Shown: piece by piece, positions 36,201 through 45,046 of the stretch
How positions within the stretch are numbered: the stretch's first letter is position 1
How the letters are laid out: each line of letters opens with the position of its first letter
Origin: SAR324 cluster bacterium
GTDB lineage: Bacteria; SAR324; NAC60-12
DNA length: 64,000 bases
Reading direction: 5' to 3'
Assembly (NCBI GenBank): GCA_028281495.1
Contig: JANQJU010000095.1
Location: 25,206-89,205, forward strand
Made by a program: the position numbers and the translations under genes
Notes under the pieces: model-generated
The model's input: the letters and a program-made list of their open reading frames with translations, nothing else
Databases searched by the model: none
Told to the model about the DNA's origin: nothing

Positions 36201-36490
36201 AGAGGCGTTTGGTCTAATTCGGCATAGCACTTTTGAAGCACGGTGAAAGCATTGTCGTAAAATCCAAAAAAGATGTGCAATCCATGCTCTTCAATCCGAT
36301 TGTGCTGTTCTTGATTCCTGCCACTGGCACCTTTGCCTCCTAAGCGCCATCCCATTTGATAGATCGTGATGTCATAGTGCTTGTGCCAGTTGGGTTGCTG
36401 GGTCAATTCGAATGCAGTGACAAGAGAGGAAAGGCCTCCTCCTAAGATAGCCACTTTCTGCTTCTTATGGGTCGTTGTTGAGGGCATCAT
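33269..36490 (-). CDS. FAD/NAD(P)-binding oxidoreductase (amine-oxidase/desaturase-like) fused to a C-terminal acetoacetate-decarboxylase-like domain
   Basis: N-terminal Rossmann dinucleotide motif KVAILGGGLSSLVTAFEL and C-proximal LYLTGDW. The last ~300 aa contain VNSDIASRNGREIFGFNKS, resembling the GRE.(W/F)G.PK block of the ADC family. Confidence 0.55.
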   Translation of the reverse strand: MMPSTTTHKKQKVAILGGGLSSLVTAFELTQQPNWHKHYDITIYQMGWRLGGKGASGRNQEQHNRIEEHGLHIFFGFYDNAFTVLQKCYAELDQTPLNPYLRFDEYFKGHNLISYWDFHEKRFYDITFPPNELKPGESPTVQPKTLEEYTEGLFLFLFKWLHELAEQPPLSQPHLPLEGPLTDALQALLKMLPPTGKGLAEGPLNLLRHLMGVGGMLLEVVKDLLPESWVEIETIAAQDLVRLIAHALSVNLPLLKTITEDSLKVFKQLKSVFQMIDELLPRKEGAKVEFWAYTTYVLTDLFHAVCNGLLQANCIAGYVDWFAPEFDKHSFRKWLVQYGAEEQTIDSFPIFGVLDAFFSRQQDGAAGAVLHGLFEIFNYKGSVMWKMQAGMGDTIFAPLYAALKKRGVKFEFFHRVDSLHLASEKKDGARPIEKITLYRQATLKKSLPYEPLITVPFQREVDGQFQEHDLPCWPSEPLYDQLEEGAILKEQGINLEDWWTEWKEPEKVELHQGADFDLVVLGASIGILPDICQELLNDPENTPFANMLQQVKTVQTQAMQLWFKPDLKGLGWPAAPPVSDGYYEPFDTWADMSHLLPKESWPDNMVHNLAYHCSPLPDDAEGPLPSRTEHGYAQQQQARVKKHALAFLKQSVKGLWPKAIHKESGELNCDLLVDPENREGMDRFEAQYWNAPTNPSDRYVLSVPGSTRARLKANGSGYSNLYLTGDWTWNPISLGCAEAATIAGKYTCQAMVGASATTQVYNDWLQETDQAILSKQVPLIVRDGALYYHQPYEGKQFLSHAFLLPANQDKLNLICEQHLNLGHLKYEPLIPYVLFVATETHRMQQIGDPDYMKEMDFGFWIPVVKTPHNSSIDHFDVADVIQFYQPYLWVNSDIASRNGREIFGFNKSAADLVYPESPASEQLFSCHTYVLDEGQTKVGLAELLSIQKMASAPPLTWLEEGTTLLSRVWQHPQLGMVFLKQFPDIHNGLTACYQAVTEVHTQFSKVAVPQFDEAHFHFLIRRCKSHHIVEALGLHCQPDSPREGFDAVRCIRVSIDEDTNFDVGNGRVVYRSI

Positions 36491-36602
36491 AGAACTCCTT
36501 TGTTATATCCAGCCCCCTTCCTTATAGCTGCGAGTTTAGCATCAAAAAAGAGAGGGCGTTGTTTGAGTGATCAAGTCAGAAACCATCGCCCAATTTGAGA
36601 GG

Positions 36603-39600
36603 TCAACTGGACGAAGTCTCATGAGTGAAAAACGAAAAGGGGCGGCATCCCATCTGTTGGTAAAGATGTTCTGCCTGCACCGCATATTCCCCACATTTCT
36701 GGGACTCAACACAGGAGCTTTGGGCTAATAAGGTCTGTGCTTGCGCCTGGGGATAGGGCATTTGAAAGTGTTGAGACCAATGAAGGCTTTTCTTCAAAAT
36801 TCGTACCGCCTGCTGCTCTTTGTCAGAACACCGTAACACCAAAGCTTGGTAAATCAGGCAAGTGGGTTTGAGGATAGGAAAAAGGAGGGCTAATTTTTTG
36901 ACAAAGCCGAAAGCGTTTTTCGTTTTCGCCTGCCATTGCGGAAGTTCTTGGGAGTGCCCTGTGAGTTTGGCAGTCTGCCAACGATGGAGATAAAATTGTA
37001 GTGGCCCCAAACACCCATCGATGACGGTCAACGCCATGGGTAAGGATTGGTTTTGGAGTTCCAACGTGTGATTGGCGACTTCTTCGGCAGATTCCCATTC
37101 CTCCAGGGTCATGTGCGTTTGTATCAATAATCCCAAACAAATGAGCATGGAGGCATAGTCCTGGACTTCCTCCAAATGAGTTTTCGCCTGAATTAGGTAG
37201 GTTTTGGCCCTCTGGGGATGGCCTTTCAGCAGCGCACTCCGGCCACTCATGAATAATCCCCACGCCAAATGCTGCCGATTGTTCCAGGTTTGCCCCACTT
37301 CAATCATTTCATTAAAAATGGTTTGGGTTTCCTGGAGTTGCCCTTGAAAAAATTTTAAGGCCCCTAAGGTCGATTGGTATTGGGCGTAATTTTTGGGGTC
37401 CAAATCTTTATTGATCAAACGTCCCAAATAATCGATCACCCGTTGAGATTCCTGCCACTGTCCCACTCCGGTTAAGTAGTGCCCGACCGCCACAAAAGTA
37501 AATGTTTGGTCATTATACCCCAACGGCCCCTCAGCAGTGAGCGCATAGGTCTCTGCTTTATCCAAGTAATACTGGGCCAGTTTCCGTAGTGTACAGCTTC
37601 CGAGCACCAAACCTAAAAAAGAATGGGCGGCTCCCGAATCGGTGGCCCGACTACGATCGAGCAAATTCACCGCCAAGATCGCACTGCCAATCATGCCCAA
37701 CATGTTGTTACTGAAATAGTACCGCCTGCTGAGGAAGGAGACCAAGAGACTGGCATCTTTCCAATGCGTGACGGGCGGAGCGGCATTCGAGGTTTGAGAT
37801 GCCTTGGAGGAAAAAAGCCGGAAATTCAACTGTCGCCAGGATTGTTTCAGAATGAGTGTGGCCCATTCGCCACGAGACGAAGGAATCGGTTCGCCATATT
37901 CCGCTAAAGCCCGAATGGCCTGGTGTTCGGATTGCTGCAAGTCACCGAGGTCTTCATAAGATCGGGCAACCCCTGCCAACCACGTGGCCATTTGATTCGG
38001 ATGGCTCAACTTCCGTTTTTGGGCAATGGCGATCGCTTTCTCAAAATAAGTGATCGATTCTTTGGGAACCAACGATTGACGGGCATGAAAGCCCGCTTGA
38101 CCGAAGTATCCCATCGCCGTCTCTGGTTTTCCTCCTTCGAGCCAGTGATGGGCCAATGGGGCTAACAGGGACGGGTCGGAAGACTCCTTGAAATTCGATT
38201 CCATCACTGTTGCGGCGGCTTGATGATAATGTTCATTTTGAGCAGGAGAGATCATGTTGGTACAACATTCGCGGAGCTTATCATGCGTGAAGCTCACCCG
38301 CCCTGGTTGGCTCTCTTCCAAAATACCAGCCTGAAAGAGTTCTTCGAGCACCGGAGGCCAATCTTTCTCGTCCTGGCTTACATCGTCCTGGCTTAAGATG
38401 ACTGAAACCAGATTCACTTCAAATACGCGCCCCAGAATGCTCCCGACGTGTAAAAAAATTTGTCCAGCTTCTGGCAATGCCTGGATCCTACGAACCAGTA
38501 ATTCCTGAATGCTATTGGGGGTTTCCAACTGAAAGTTTGAGGACGCCGATGCCTGTGGAGGGGGCTGAAATTGCCAATGGCCTTCATGAGTACGGGCAAA
38601 CCAATTTTCAGCAACCGCCATTCGTAAATATTCGGCCACATAAAACGGATTCCCTTCACTTTCGTGATACAGGAGTTTGACCAGAGGGGGCGGGAATTGA
38701 GAGAGAGCCAGCATACTCTCCAATTGTTGACTCACTTCGTTCTGGGTCAATCGCTCCAACTGGAATGAAACCACGTCTTTATTTTCATTCAAGGCTTGTA
38801 AAATGGAAGGGACCTCCTCTGTACGATAAAATCCAATGAGCAACACATTCATGGCTTGGAGTTTTTCAGGAAGCAACCACTCCAAAATGCTCAAGGTCAG
38901 TTCGTTGGCCCATTGTAAATCGTCGAGGATCAAAACCAGTTTTGTGGTACGGGCATAGTGGTTCAGCATCTCTGCAAAGGCGTGCTTGACTTCCTGCAAC
39001 AAAACTTCAGTGGGGAGATCGATTCCCCAAATGCTGTCTGGAGCTTCCAATAATTTTCCTAACTCCTTCACTTTAGGCTCGTAGAGAGACAATACGGCAT
39101 ATTGGTCTCCAAGCCACTGTTGGGTTTTTTCTTTTCCATCCAACTTACATTGCTCCACCACCTCTTTTAAAAAGGCTTGAAAGGGTTGCGTGTTGGTTGA
39201 AAACTGAGACTGATGCCCCATCATTTCAGTAGTTGGCACCGTTTCTCCACGAACCACGTGAAAGAAACGTCCTTGAAACAATCGAGCCAATTCATTGGCA
39301 AAAAAGGTTTTGCCCATACCACTTTCTCCACGAATCAATACGGCTCCTCCTTGTGTAGACTCAGGGTCTAGGAACGGTCTCAAGGCACGAATCAAGTCAC
39401 GACGCCCTGTAAAAGTAGGACGGTATAAATAATTGGACGCAGCGGGTGCCATTTCGCGAAACTCTTTTTGGAATTGTCGTGAAGTGTGGGGTAAGAGTTG
39501 TTGAACAACATCAGAGGCATAACCGGGGCGATCGGTCATGGACTTGGCTAGTAGAGATTGCACAAGCTGGTTTATCGGCTGCGGGAGATTTTCCACTTCT

Positions 39601-40337
39601 GGGGCTAAGGGGGGAGGAGGGAGGCTTAAATGATCTCGGAGCTGGGAATGGGAATTGGGGAAAGGGAGTCTTCCTGTTAGGAGTTCGTAGAAGATACAGC
39701 CAAGAGCATAAAGATCCGTTCTGGCATCCAAAGCAATACAGCGAATTTGTTCTGGCGCTGTATAGCCGGGACTGCCTCCTATGCTGAAGTCTGCTTCCAA
39801 AGCCATCTTATTTGGAGTGCTGTAAAATCGGCAAGTTTGTTCAAAATCAATAATGATGGCTTTTCCAGAAGGTGTGATGAGGATATTTTCTGGTTTGAGA
39901 TCCGCATGCACTAAGCCATATTGGTGCAATTGAGATAATGGATAGCATATCTGACAAATTAGAGTGCAGGCTTCTTGAAAGATGGTGGATTCGAGTTGGT
40001 TTGAGGGTTTGAGGGTTTGCCAAATTTGTTGTTGGTGTTCGCGTAGCGTTTTTCCCTCAACCCAAGAACGGGCAACCCATTGAATGCTTTGAAACATCCC
40101 TTTTTCCACAATGAACAGCTCTTCCGAGACCCTCTCTGATTCTAGAATTTGGATTTCTCGTTGCAGCCCAAGAAACTTTTGAGGATGCGCTTCTTGAGCC
40201 GTCTTTACAATCACTCGTTGTTCTGACGATTTGCAATACCCTCGATAAGTGCTTCCACTGGGGGCTTGGATCAAAGGTTCACTGAGCTCAATAGAACCCA
40301 GGTGGAGCGGAAAATCATGATGAGGAGAAACTGACAT
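36603..40337 (-). CDS. Ser/Thr protein kinase fused to a STAND AAA ATPase and TPR-like helical repeats
   Basis: Kinase motifs HADLKPENILI and GSPGYTAPEQ are followed by the P-loop IRGESGMGKTFFANELA. The C-terminal ~600 aa is helical and repeat-rich. Confidence 0.85.
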   Translation of the reverse strand: MSVSPHHDFPLHLGSIELSEPLIQAPSGSTYRGYCKSSEQRVIVKTAQEAHPQKFLGLQREIQILESERVSEELFIVEKGMFQSIQWVARSWVEGKTLREHQQQIWQTLKPSNQLESTIFQEACTLICQICYPLSQLHQYGLVHADLKPENILITPSGKAIIIDFEQTCRFYSTPNKMALEADFSIGGSPGYTAPEQIRCIALDARTDLYALGCIFYELLTGRLPFPNSHSQLRDHLSLPPPPLAPEVENLPQPINQLVQSLLAKSMTDRPGYASDVVQQLLPHTSRQFQKEFREMAPAASNYLYRPTFTGRRDLIRALRPFLDPESTQGGAVLIRGESGMGKTFFANELARLFQGRFFHVVRGETVPTTEMMGHQSQFSTNTQPFQAFLKEVVEQCKLDGKEKTQQWLGDQYAVLSLYEPKVKELGKLLEAPDSIWGIDLPTEVLLQEVKHAFAEMLNHYARTTKLVLILDDLQWANELTLSILEWLLPEKLQAMNVLLIGFYRTEEVPSILQALNENKDVVSFQLERLTQNEVSQQLESMLALSQFPPPLVKLLYHESEGNPFYVAEYLRMAVAENWFARTHEGHWQFQPPPQASASSNFQLETPNSIQELLVRRIQALPEAGQIFLHVGSILGRVFEVNLVSVILSQDDVSQDEKDWPPVLEELFQAGILEESQPGRVSFTHDKLRECCTNMISPAQNEHYHQAAATVMESNFKESSDPSLLAPLAHHWLEGGKPETAMGYFGQAGFHARQSLVPKESITYFEKAIAIAQKRKLSHPNQMATWLAGVARSYEDLGDLQQSEHQAIRALAEYGEPIPSSRGEWATLILKQSWRQLNFRLFSSKASQTSNAAPPVTHWKDASLLVSFLSRRYYFSNNMLGMIGSAILAVNLLDRSRATDSGAAHSFLGLVLGSCTLRKLAQYYLDKAETYALTAEGPLGYNDQTFTFVAVGHYLTGVGQWQESQRVIDYLGRLINKDLDPKNYAQYQSTLGALKFFQGQLQETQTIFNEMIEVGQTWNNRQHLAWGLFMSGRSALLKGHPQRAKTYLIQAKTHLEEVQDYASMLICLGLLIQTHMTLEEWESAEEVANHTLELQNQSLPMALTVIDGCLGPLQFYLHRWQTAKLTGHSQELPQWQAKTKNAFGFVKKLALLFPILKPTCLIYQALVLRCSDKEQQAVRILKKSLHWSQHFQMPYPQAQAQTLLAQSSCVESQKCGEYAVQAEHLYQQMGCRPFSFFTHETSSS

Positions 40338-41358
40338 ACATCGTTTGAGGAAAGAACGGAAAAGTTAAGCTGCTCTTAACAAGTTGTCTCTTTTTAGTAG
40401 ACCACAACAGGAAAACGTAAAGGTTCCTCCATCGGGAAAAACAAAAACTCCCAAGCTACCAATAGAAGTCACAAGTCCCTTTTGGAGTGTCGTACCGAGA
40501 TTGTTAGTGGCTGGTCCAAGGTACTGTGACGCTAGTTCGGTGCCGGGGGGAACCATGGATAAATTGTAGCGCTCATGATGGATTCTCCTAAAAATATGTT
40601 CGCCCGAAAGTTAAACTATAAAATTAAGGTTTAAAGAAAAGATTTTACGGTCTGAATTAAGTCTATCTAGGTATGAAAATTGATCGGACTGCGAAGAAAA
40701 TTCAATTCATGGGCTGTAAAAAATGCCTCTCAATAACTATTTGGCTGAGTAGAGTCAGGAATCTCCATAATATATGTAAAAGGAGAATAGGGTGCAACCT
40801 TAATCCTAACAATTCAATAGCACTCAAAAAAATAACGAAAATCATAAAGACGGGTTGAAGTGATGAAAGGGGCTCAGGTGTACTTTTGTGTTAGGATCAG
40901 CATAATTCAACTGAACAACCCAGGAGAAATAGGATTACCGAAACCATTGCAACCCCATCCTCTTTAGGAGCGGGAAGGTGAGCTTCCAATGTTCACATGT
41001 TGAAATAGAATTGTCAGATTATGTACTTGCAATTTATTTGCATTTAACTGAAACTGCCTTCGAAGTATTTAAATTAACGATTTTATCAGCATCGTCGCTA
41101 TGTTGACACGGCAACAAAATGTGAATAGGTCCGTGGATATCGTTATTTCCTTTTTCCCCGCCCTTGTTAGTTCATCACCGTTGCCTGAATGTCCAAGGCC
41201 TTGGACTATCTGACATGAAACGATCCCCCATGAAAATAAACTAGCTTTGTTACCTAGCCTCGAGATGAGCTTAGGAAACCATTGCATGCTGTGATTGGCT
41301 TTACGGATTGCTGTTTAGTTTTCAAATACGCAAATTTATTGCATTTACTATTGTGAAA

Positions 41359-42738
41359 ATGAAAAAGAAAACAATGAAAAAGTATCTGATTGGGGTGACA
41401 GCACTCCTCTGTTTAGTGGTGATTTCCGTGCCTTTGAACGCCCAAGAAAAAAAGCTTTCTTTCAATCCAGAAATCTCAGTGGTGCTGGACCTTGTCTATG
41501 TGGGACGCACCATTGAGGAAGAGGAAGACAATGTGGATGACACCTACGAAGATATGGAACTCCCTGGATTTCAAGGCAGTAACCAAGGGGTGTTCAATCG
41601 AGAAAATGGTGTTTCACTCAATAACGTCGAGTTGGTCTTGTCCAGTCCCGTCGACCCGTATTTTGATATGTTCATCAATTTCCATCTGTTTGAATTCGAA
41701 TTTGAAGTCGAAGAAGCCTTTGTCACCACACGCCGCATTCCTTACGGGTTCCAATTTAAATTAGGAAAATTCAAAAGCGGCTGGGGCCGTATCAATTCTA
41801 TCCATCAACACGAGTGGCCATTTTCTGACACGCCATTGATCATCGCAGCCCTTTTCGGGGAAGAAGGCTTACAAGAGGTGGGTGCTCAAGTGACTTGGAT
41901 AGCTCCCACCGATGTCTTTTTGCAATTGGGCCTGGAAGCTCTAAGGGGAGAGAATTTGAATAGCTTTGGTACCAATGGCTTTACGGTAGGTGACGAGGAA
42001 GTGAACGATGCCACCCAACCCAATGCCTGGGTCGGATATGCCAAGACGTCCTTTGATGTGGGAGAGACTTCAATTCTACTCGGAAGCAGTGTCATGCAAG
42101 GAACCGCTCGTGGGACCGATGATTCGATTGGAGTGATTGAAGAAGAGGGAGAGCATGAACACGGCGTTGCGGTTGATGAGAACGAGTATGAAGCAGAGGA
42201 AAAGGTCGCCAGATATGAGAGTAGTGTCGCTCAGCATGTGCATGGAGGGGGAGACGAAGAGGAAGAGGACAGTGACGATCCGCGTTATGAGATGGACACA
42301 CAGATCTGGGCGGTGGATGTGACGCTTAAGCATTTTTTCGATTCTTACCGCAGTCTCACATGGGTCTCGGAATACATTCAGCGCACCATGAAAGGCGATT
42401 TGTTTCTCGTCGATGGAGACAAGTTGGATTTTGAAAAGACACAAGGGGGGCTGTATTCCCAAGTGGTGTGGCGCTTTGCTCCAGAATGGAGCAGCGGTTT
42501 GCGATATGACCTCATCACGACCAATGATGTTTCAGTGGATAACGAAGACTTAGATTTGGAAAATAACTTAAAGCGAACGTCATGGATGCTGGATTATAAG
42601 CCAACGGAATTTTCGGTGCTCCGCTTTCAGCTCAATCAGGAACATGCCAGGGAACTGGATGGAGAACAAAAACAAGTCAATGATGTGCTGCTTCAGTTCG
42701 ATATGAGCATTGGTGCTCACGGTGCCCATGATTTTTAA
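41359..42738 (+). CDS. Secreted outer-membrane beta-barrel-like protein with His/Asp/Glu-rich insert
   Basis: I prefer the ATG at 41359 (MKKKTMKKYLIGVTALLCLVVISVPLNAQE signal peptide) over the tracked TTG at 41308. It has alternating beta-strand-like sequence and an aromatic C-terminal residue (..AHGAHDF). The insert is EEEGEHEHGVAVDENEYE...HVHGGGDEEEEDSDD. Confidence 0.55.
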   Translation: MKKKTMKKYLIGVTALLCLVVISVPLNAQEKKLSFNPEISVVLDLVYVGRTIEEEEDNVDDTYEDMELPGFQGSNQGVFNRENGVSLNNVELVLSSPVDPYFDMFINFHLFEFEFEVEEAFVTTRRIPYGFQFKLGKFKSGWGRINSIHQHEWPFSDTPLIIAALFGEEGLQEVGAQVTWIAPTDVFLQLGLEALRGENLNSFGTNGFTVGDEEVNDATQPNAWVGYAKTSFDVGETSILLGSSVMQGTARGTDDSIGVIEEEGEHEHGVAVDENEYEAEEKVARYESSVAQHVHGGGDEEEEDSDDPRYEMDTQIWAVDVTLKHFFDSYRSLTWVSEYIQRTMKGDLFLVDGDKLDFEKTQGGLYSQVVWRFAPEWSSGLRYDLITTNDVSVDNEDLDLENNLKRTSWMLDYKPTEFSVLRFQLNQEHARELDGEQKQVNDVLLQFDMSIGAHGAHDF

Positions 42739-42768
42739 CACCGGACTGTCATCTATTTGGAGAATCGT

Positions 42769-43662
42769 ATGGTGAAATTTGTCATCAGCGCCATTTTGGT
42801 ATGGGGGGCTTTGGCCCAATCCGTTTGGGGCAATTTACAAGTGGTCACGTCCTATCCTTATATTGCTGATTTAGCCCAGCAGATTGGAAAAGATCAGATT
42901 TCAGTAACCGCGTTAGGCTCAGGAAGTTGGGATCCTCACTTTGTTCCTCCCAAGCCGTCATTTATTGCCAAAGTGCGGCGTGCTGATTTGCTGATCATCA
43001 ATGGAGCCGAGAACGAAATTGGTTGGATGCCACCCATTATCAAACGAGCCAATAATCCACAGGTCCAACCAGGCAGTCGTGGGTTTTTAGATTTGTCGGC
43101 TGTTGTGGAATTGATTGATGTCCCCAACAATTTATCAAGAGCGAATGGAGATGTTCACGCGGCGGGGAATCCTCACTTTTATCTCGACCCCCATAATATT
43201 CCAACATTGGTTCAAACGATTACGGAGCGGCTTTGCGAATTGAACCGTTCTGCTTGTCCCATTTACCAGAAAAACCAGCGTGTTTTTCAAGAAACATGGT
43301 CTCAACGATTGGAAGTGTGGGACGCACAAATGAGACCTTTAAAAGGCAGAAAAGTGATCCAATATCACAAAAATTACGATTACTTTTTTAAACGCTACGG
43401 CATTCATTCGATCAATACCTTAGAGCCGCTTCCTGGAATTCCACCGACCACAAAACACTTGGTGAACTTGATTGAACAAGCTCAACAAGAACCAGTGCAT
43501 TCCGTACTTCTGAGTGTGTATCAATCCAAAAAAGCAGCAAATTTTGTTGCTCAAAAATTAGGGACTCCCACCATTGTTTTGCCTCACGACGTGAACTCGT
43601 TAAAAGAGGTCCCCGATATTTTTTCCCTTTTTGACACGCTAGTGCAGAGGATCAGCCAGTGA
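42769..43662 (+). CDS. Metal (Zn/Mn-type) ABC transporter substrate-binding protein, ZnuA/TroA family
   Basis: Signal peptide, then VVTSYPYIADLAQQIG, DPHFVPPKPS, NGAENEIGW and GNPHFYLDPHN, which fit cluster A-I metal-binding SBPs. The ATG at 42769 after GGAG is preferred to the tracked TTG at 42757. Confidence 0.7.
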   Translation: MVKFVISAILVWGALAQSVWGNLQVVTSYPYIADLAQQIGKDQISVTALGSGSWDPHFVPPKPSFIAKVRRADLLIINGAENEIGWMPPIIKRANNPQVQPGSRGFLDLSAVVELIDVPNNLSRANGDVHAAGNPHFYLDPHNIPTLVQTITERLCELNRSACPIYQKNQRVFQETWSQRLEVWDAQMRPLKGRKVIQYHKNYDYFFKRYGIHSINTLEPLPGIPPTTKHLVNLIEQAQQEPVHSVLLSVYQSKKAANFVAQKLGTPTIVLPHDVNSLKEVPDIFSLFDTLVQRISQ

Positions 43663-44417
43663 CGGACATCCTCTTCTCGTCATTTTTATTGTCGGTGGTG
43701 CTAGTCGGAATCCATGCCTATTTTGGGCTGGAAATCATTGAGCGCGGCATCATTTTTACGGATTTGGCGGTTGGACAAATGTCGGCGTTTGGAGCGTCGG
43801 TATCCTTGATGTTTTTTCATGGGCACGGTTTGTACCCTTTTGCATTATCTTTTGCGTTGATTGCCGGCGGTTTGATCGCTTGGGTCTCTCGACGTCCCGC
43901 GATCCATTTGGAAGCCTTCATAGGTTTGCTTTATGCGTTTGGCGTTTCGGGTGTTTTCATGCTGCTGTCTCAATCGGCTCATGGCATGGAGGAATTTCAA
44001 GAACTGATGGCGGCCGACATCCTTTTCACCCCTTTGAACGAAGTCCTTAAGACGGCCGGAATCTACGCAATTTTGGGTATGTTCATTGTTTGGTTCCAAG
44101 CCCGGACCCAAGGATTTCTTAAAGATTTATTTTTTTTCATCACTTTCTCCATCACAGTCACGAGTTCAGTGGAAGTGGTGGGGGTCTTGGTGGTGTTTGC
44201 CCTTCTCATTGCACCGGCATTGCTCGCTAAGCAAATCAGTCGAGGCTACCCGGTGGTCAATGCTTGGCTCATCGGCATTGCCGTGAATCTTTTGGCGGTG
44301 AGCATTTCTTATGCTTGGGATTTTCCTACAGGCTACACCCTCGTTTTTTGCCATGCGTCGATCACGCTCAGCTTGCTTTTGCTAGGCAATTTGCTGCGGC
44401 GATCCAACGCTTTATGA
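43659..44417 (+). CDS. Metal ABC transporter permease (ZnuB-like)
   Basis: 252 aa with ~7 TM helices. The GTG start overlaps the SBP stop. Position and size fit ABC-3 family permeases. Confidence 0.65.
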   Translation: MTDILFSSFLLSVVLVGIHAYFGLEIIERGIIFTDLAVGQMSAFGASVSLMFFHGHGLYPFALSFALIAGGLIAWVSRRPAIHLEAFIGLLYAFGVSGVFMLLSQSAHGMEEFQELMAADILFTPLNEVLKTAGIYAILGMFIVWFQARTQGFLKDLFFFITFSITVTSSVEVVGVLVVFALLIAPALLAKQISRGYPVVNAWLIGIAVNLLAVSISYAWDFPTGYTLVFCHASITLSLLLLGNLLRRSNAL

Positions 44418-44467
44418 ATGGTGTTGTAGTCATCACAATTCAATCATTGTTTCAAAAGGAGAACGCT

Positions 44468-45043
44468 ATGAAAAAAATTGGATGGTTTTTGTTGGTCATC
44501 GGGATGTTTTCCCTTATTGCGATCAGTTGCGCCCCAAGAGGCGGTGATGACGATGACGATGACGATAATAATACAGGCATTGGAGTGACGGCTGAACAGT
44601 TGGCTCCTTTTACCGGCTTTTATCAATTTCGCCTCGATGCTGCTGAAAATGCGGAAGTTCTTGAAGAAGCGGGTGGCGATGCGGCCAGTGTCACAACCAT
44701 TTTTGACTTGGAAACCGATGGTGAAATCTTCTTATTTCAAGTCGGTACCGACCAAACCTGTAGCTTCGTTGAAGAGTCGGCCACTTTTTCCATTTCAGAA
44801 GATAACCAAGTCCTCAATATTACTGTGGGTGAAGCCTCGCTCCAAATGACTCTATCCGAAGATAACGCAACTATGACCTTGACTCCGACGAGTGAAGAAG
44901 GAGGGCATGAACATGAAGATGGGGGAGAAGGGGAGTCCATTTTATTAGACCCGTTTGGATTTGATGAAGCCTCGGTTTGGTCCAGACAAGACGACTTGCC
45001 TGAAGCCTGTGAAGCGGTCCATGACCACGATGAGGGCGAATGA
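44468..45043 (+). CDS. Lipoprotein with poly-Asp tract and His-rich C-terminus (putative metal-binding)
   Basis: ATG at 44468 after AAGGAGAA gives MKKIGWFLLVIGMFSLIAISC (lipobox), then GGDDDDDDDNN, and C-terminal GGHEHEDGGEGE...HDHDEGE. The tracked start at 44264 would overlap the permease. Confidence 0.6.
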   Translation: MKKIGWFLLVIGMFSLIAISCAPRGGDDDDDDDNNTGIGVTAEQLAPFTGFYQFRLDAAENAEVLEEAGGDAASVTTIFDLETDGEIFLFQVGTDQTCSFVEESATFSISEDNQVLNITVGEASLQMTLSEDNATMTLTPTSEEGGHEHEDGGEGESILLDPFGFDEASVWSRQDDLPEACEAVHDHDEGE

Positions 45044-45046
45044 AAT

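Noticed and set aside
40365-40590. Small ORFs immediately upstream of the kinase gene: a 63-aa ORF ending ..FTFSCCGLLKRDNLLRAA, and a 14-codon ORF with a good AGGAG RBS. Considered as a leader peptide or RiPP precursor.
   Set aside because: There are no adjacent maturation enzymes, no conserved leader/core features I can name, and the two candidates are in conflicting frames. Noted only as something ribosome profiling could resolve.
44264-44467. Upstream extension of the lipoprotein ORF (tracked start 44264).
   Set aside because: The extension overlaps the last 150 nt of the permease gene in another frame and encodes no signal peptide. ATG 44468 has a Shine-Dalgarno sequence and yields a textbook lipobox.
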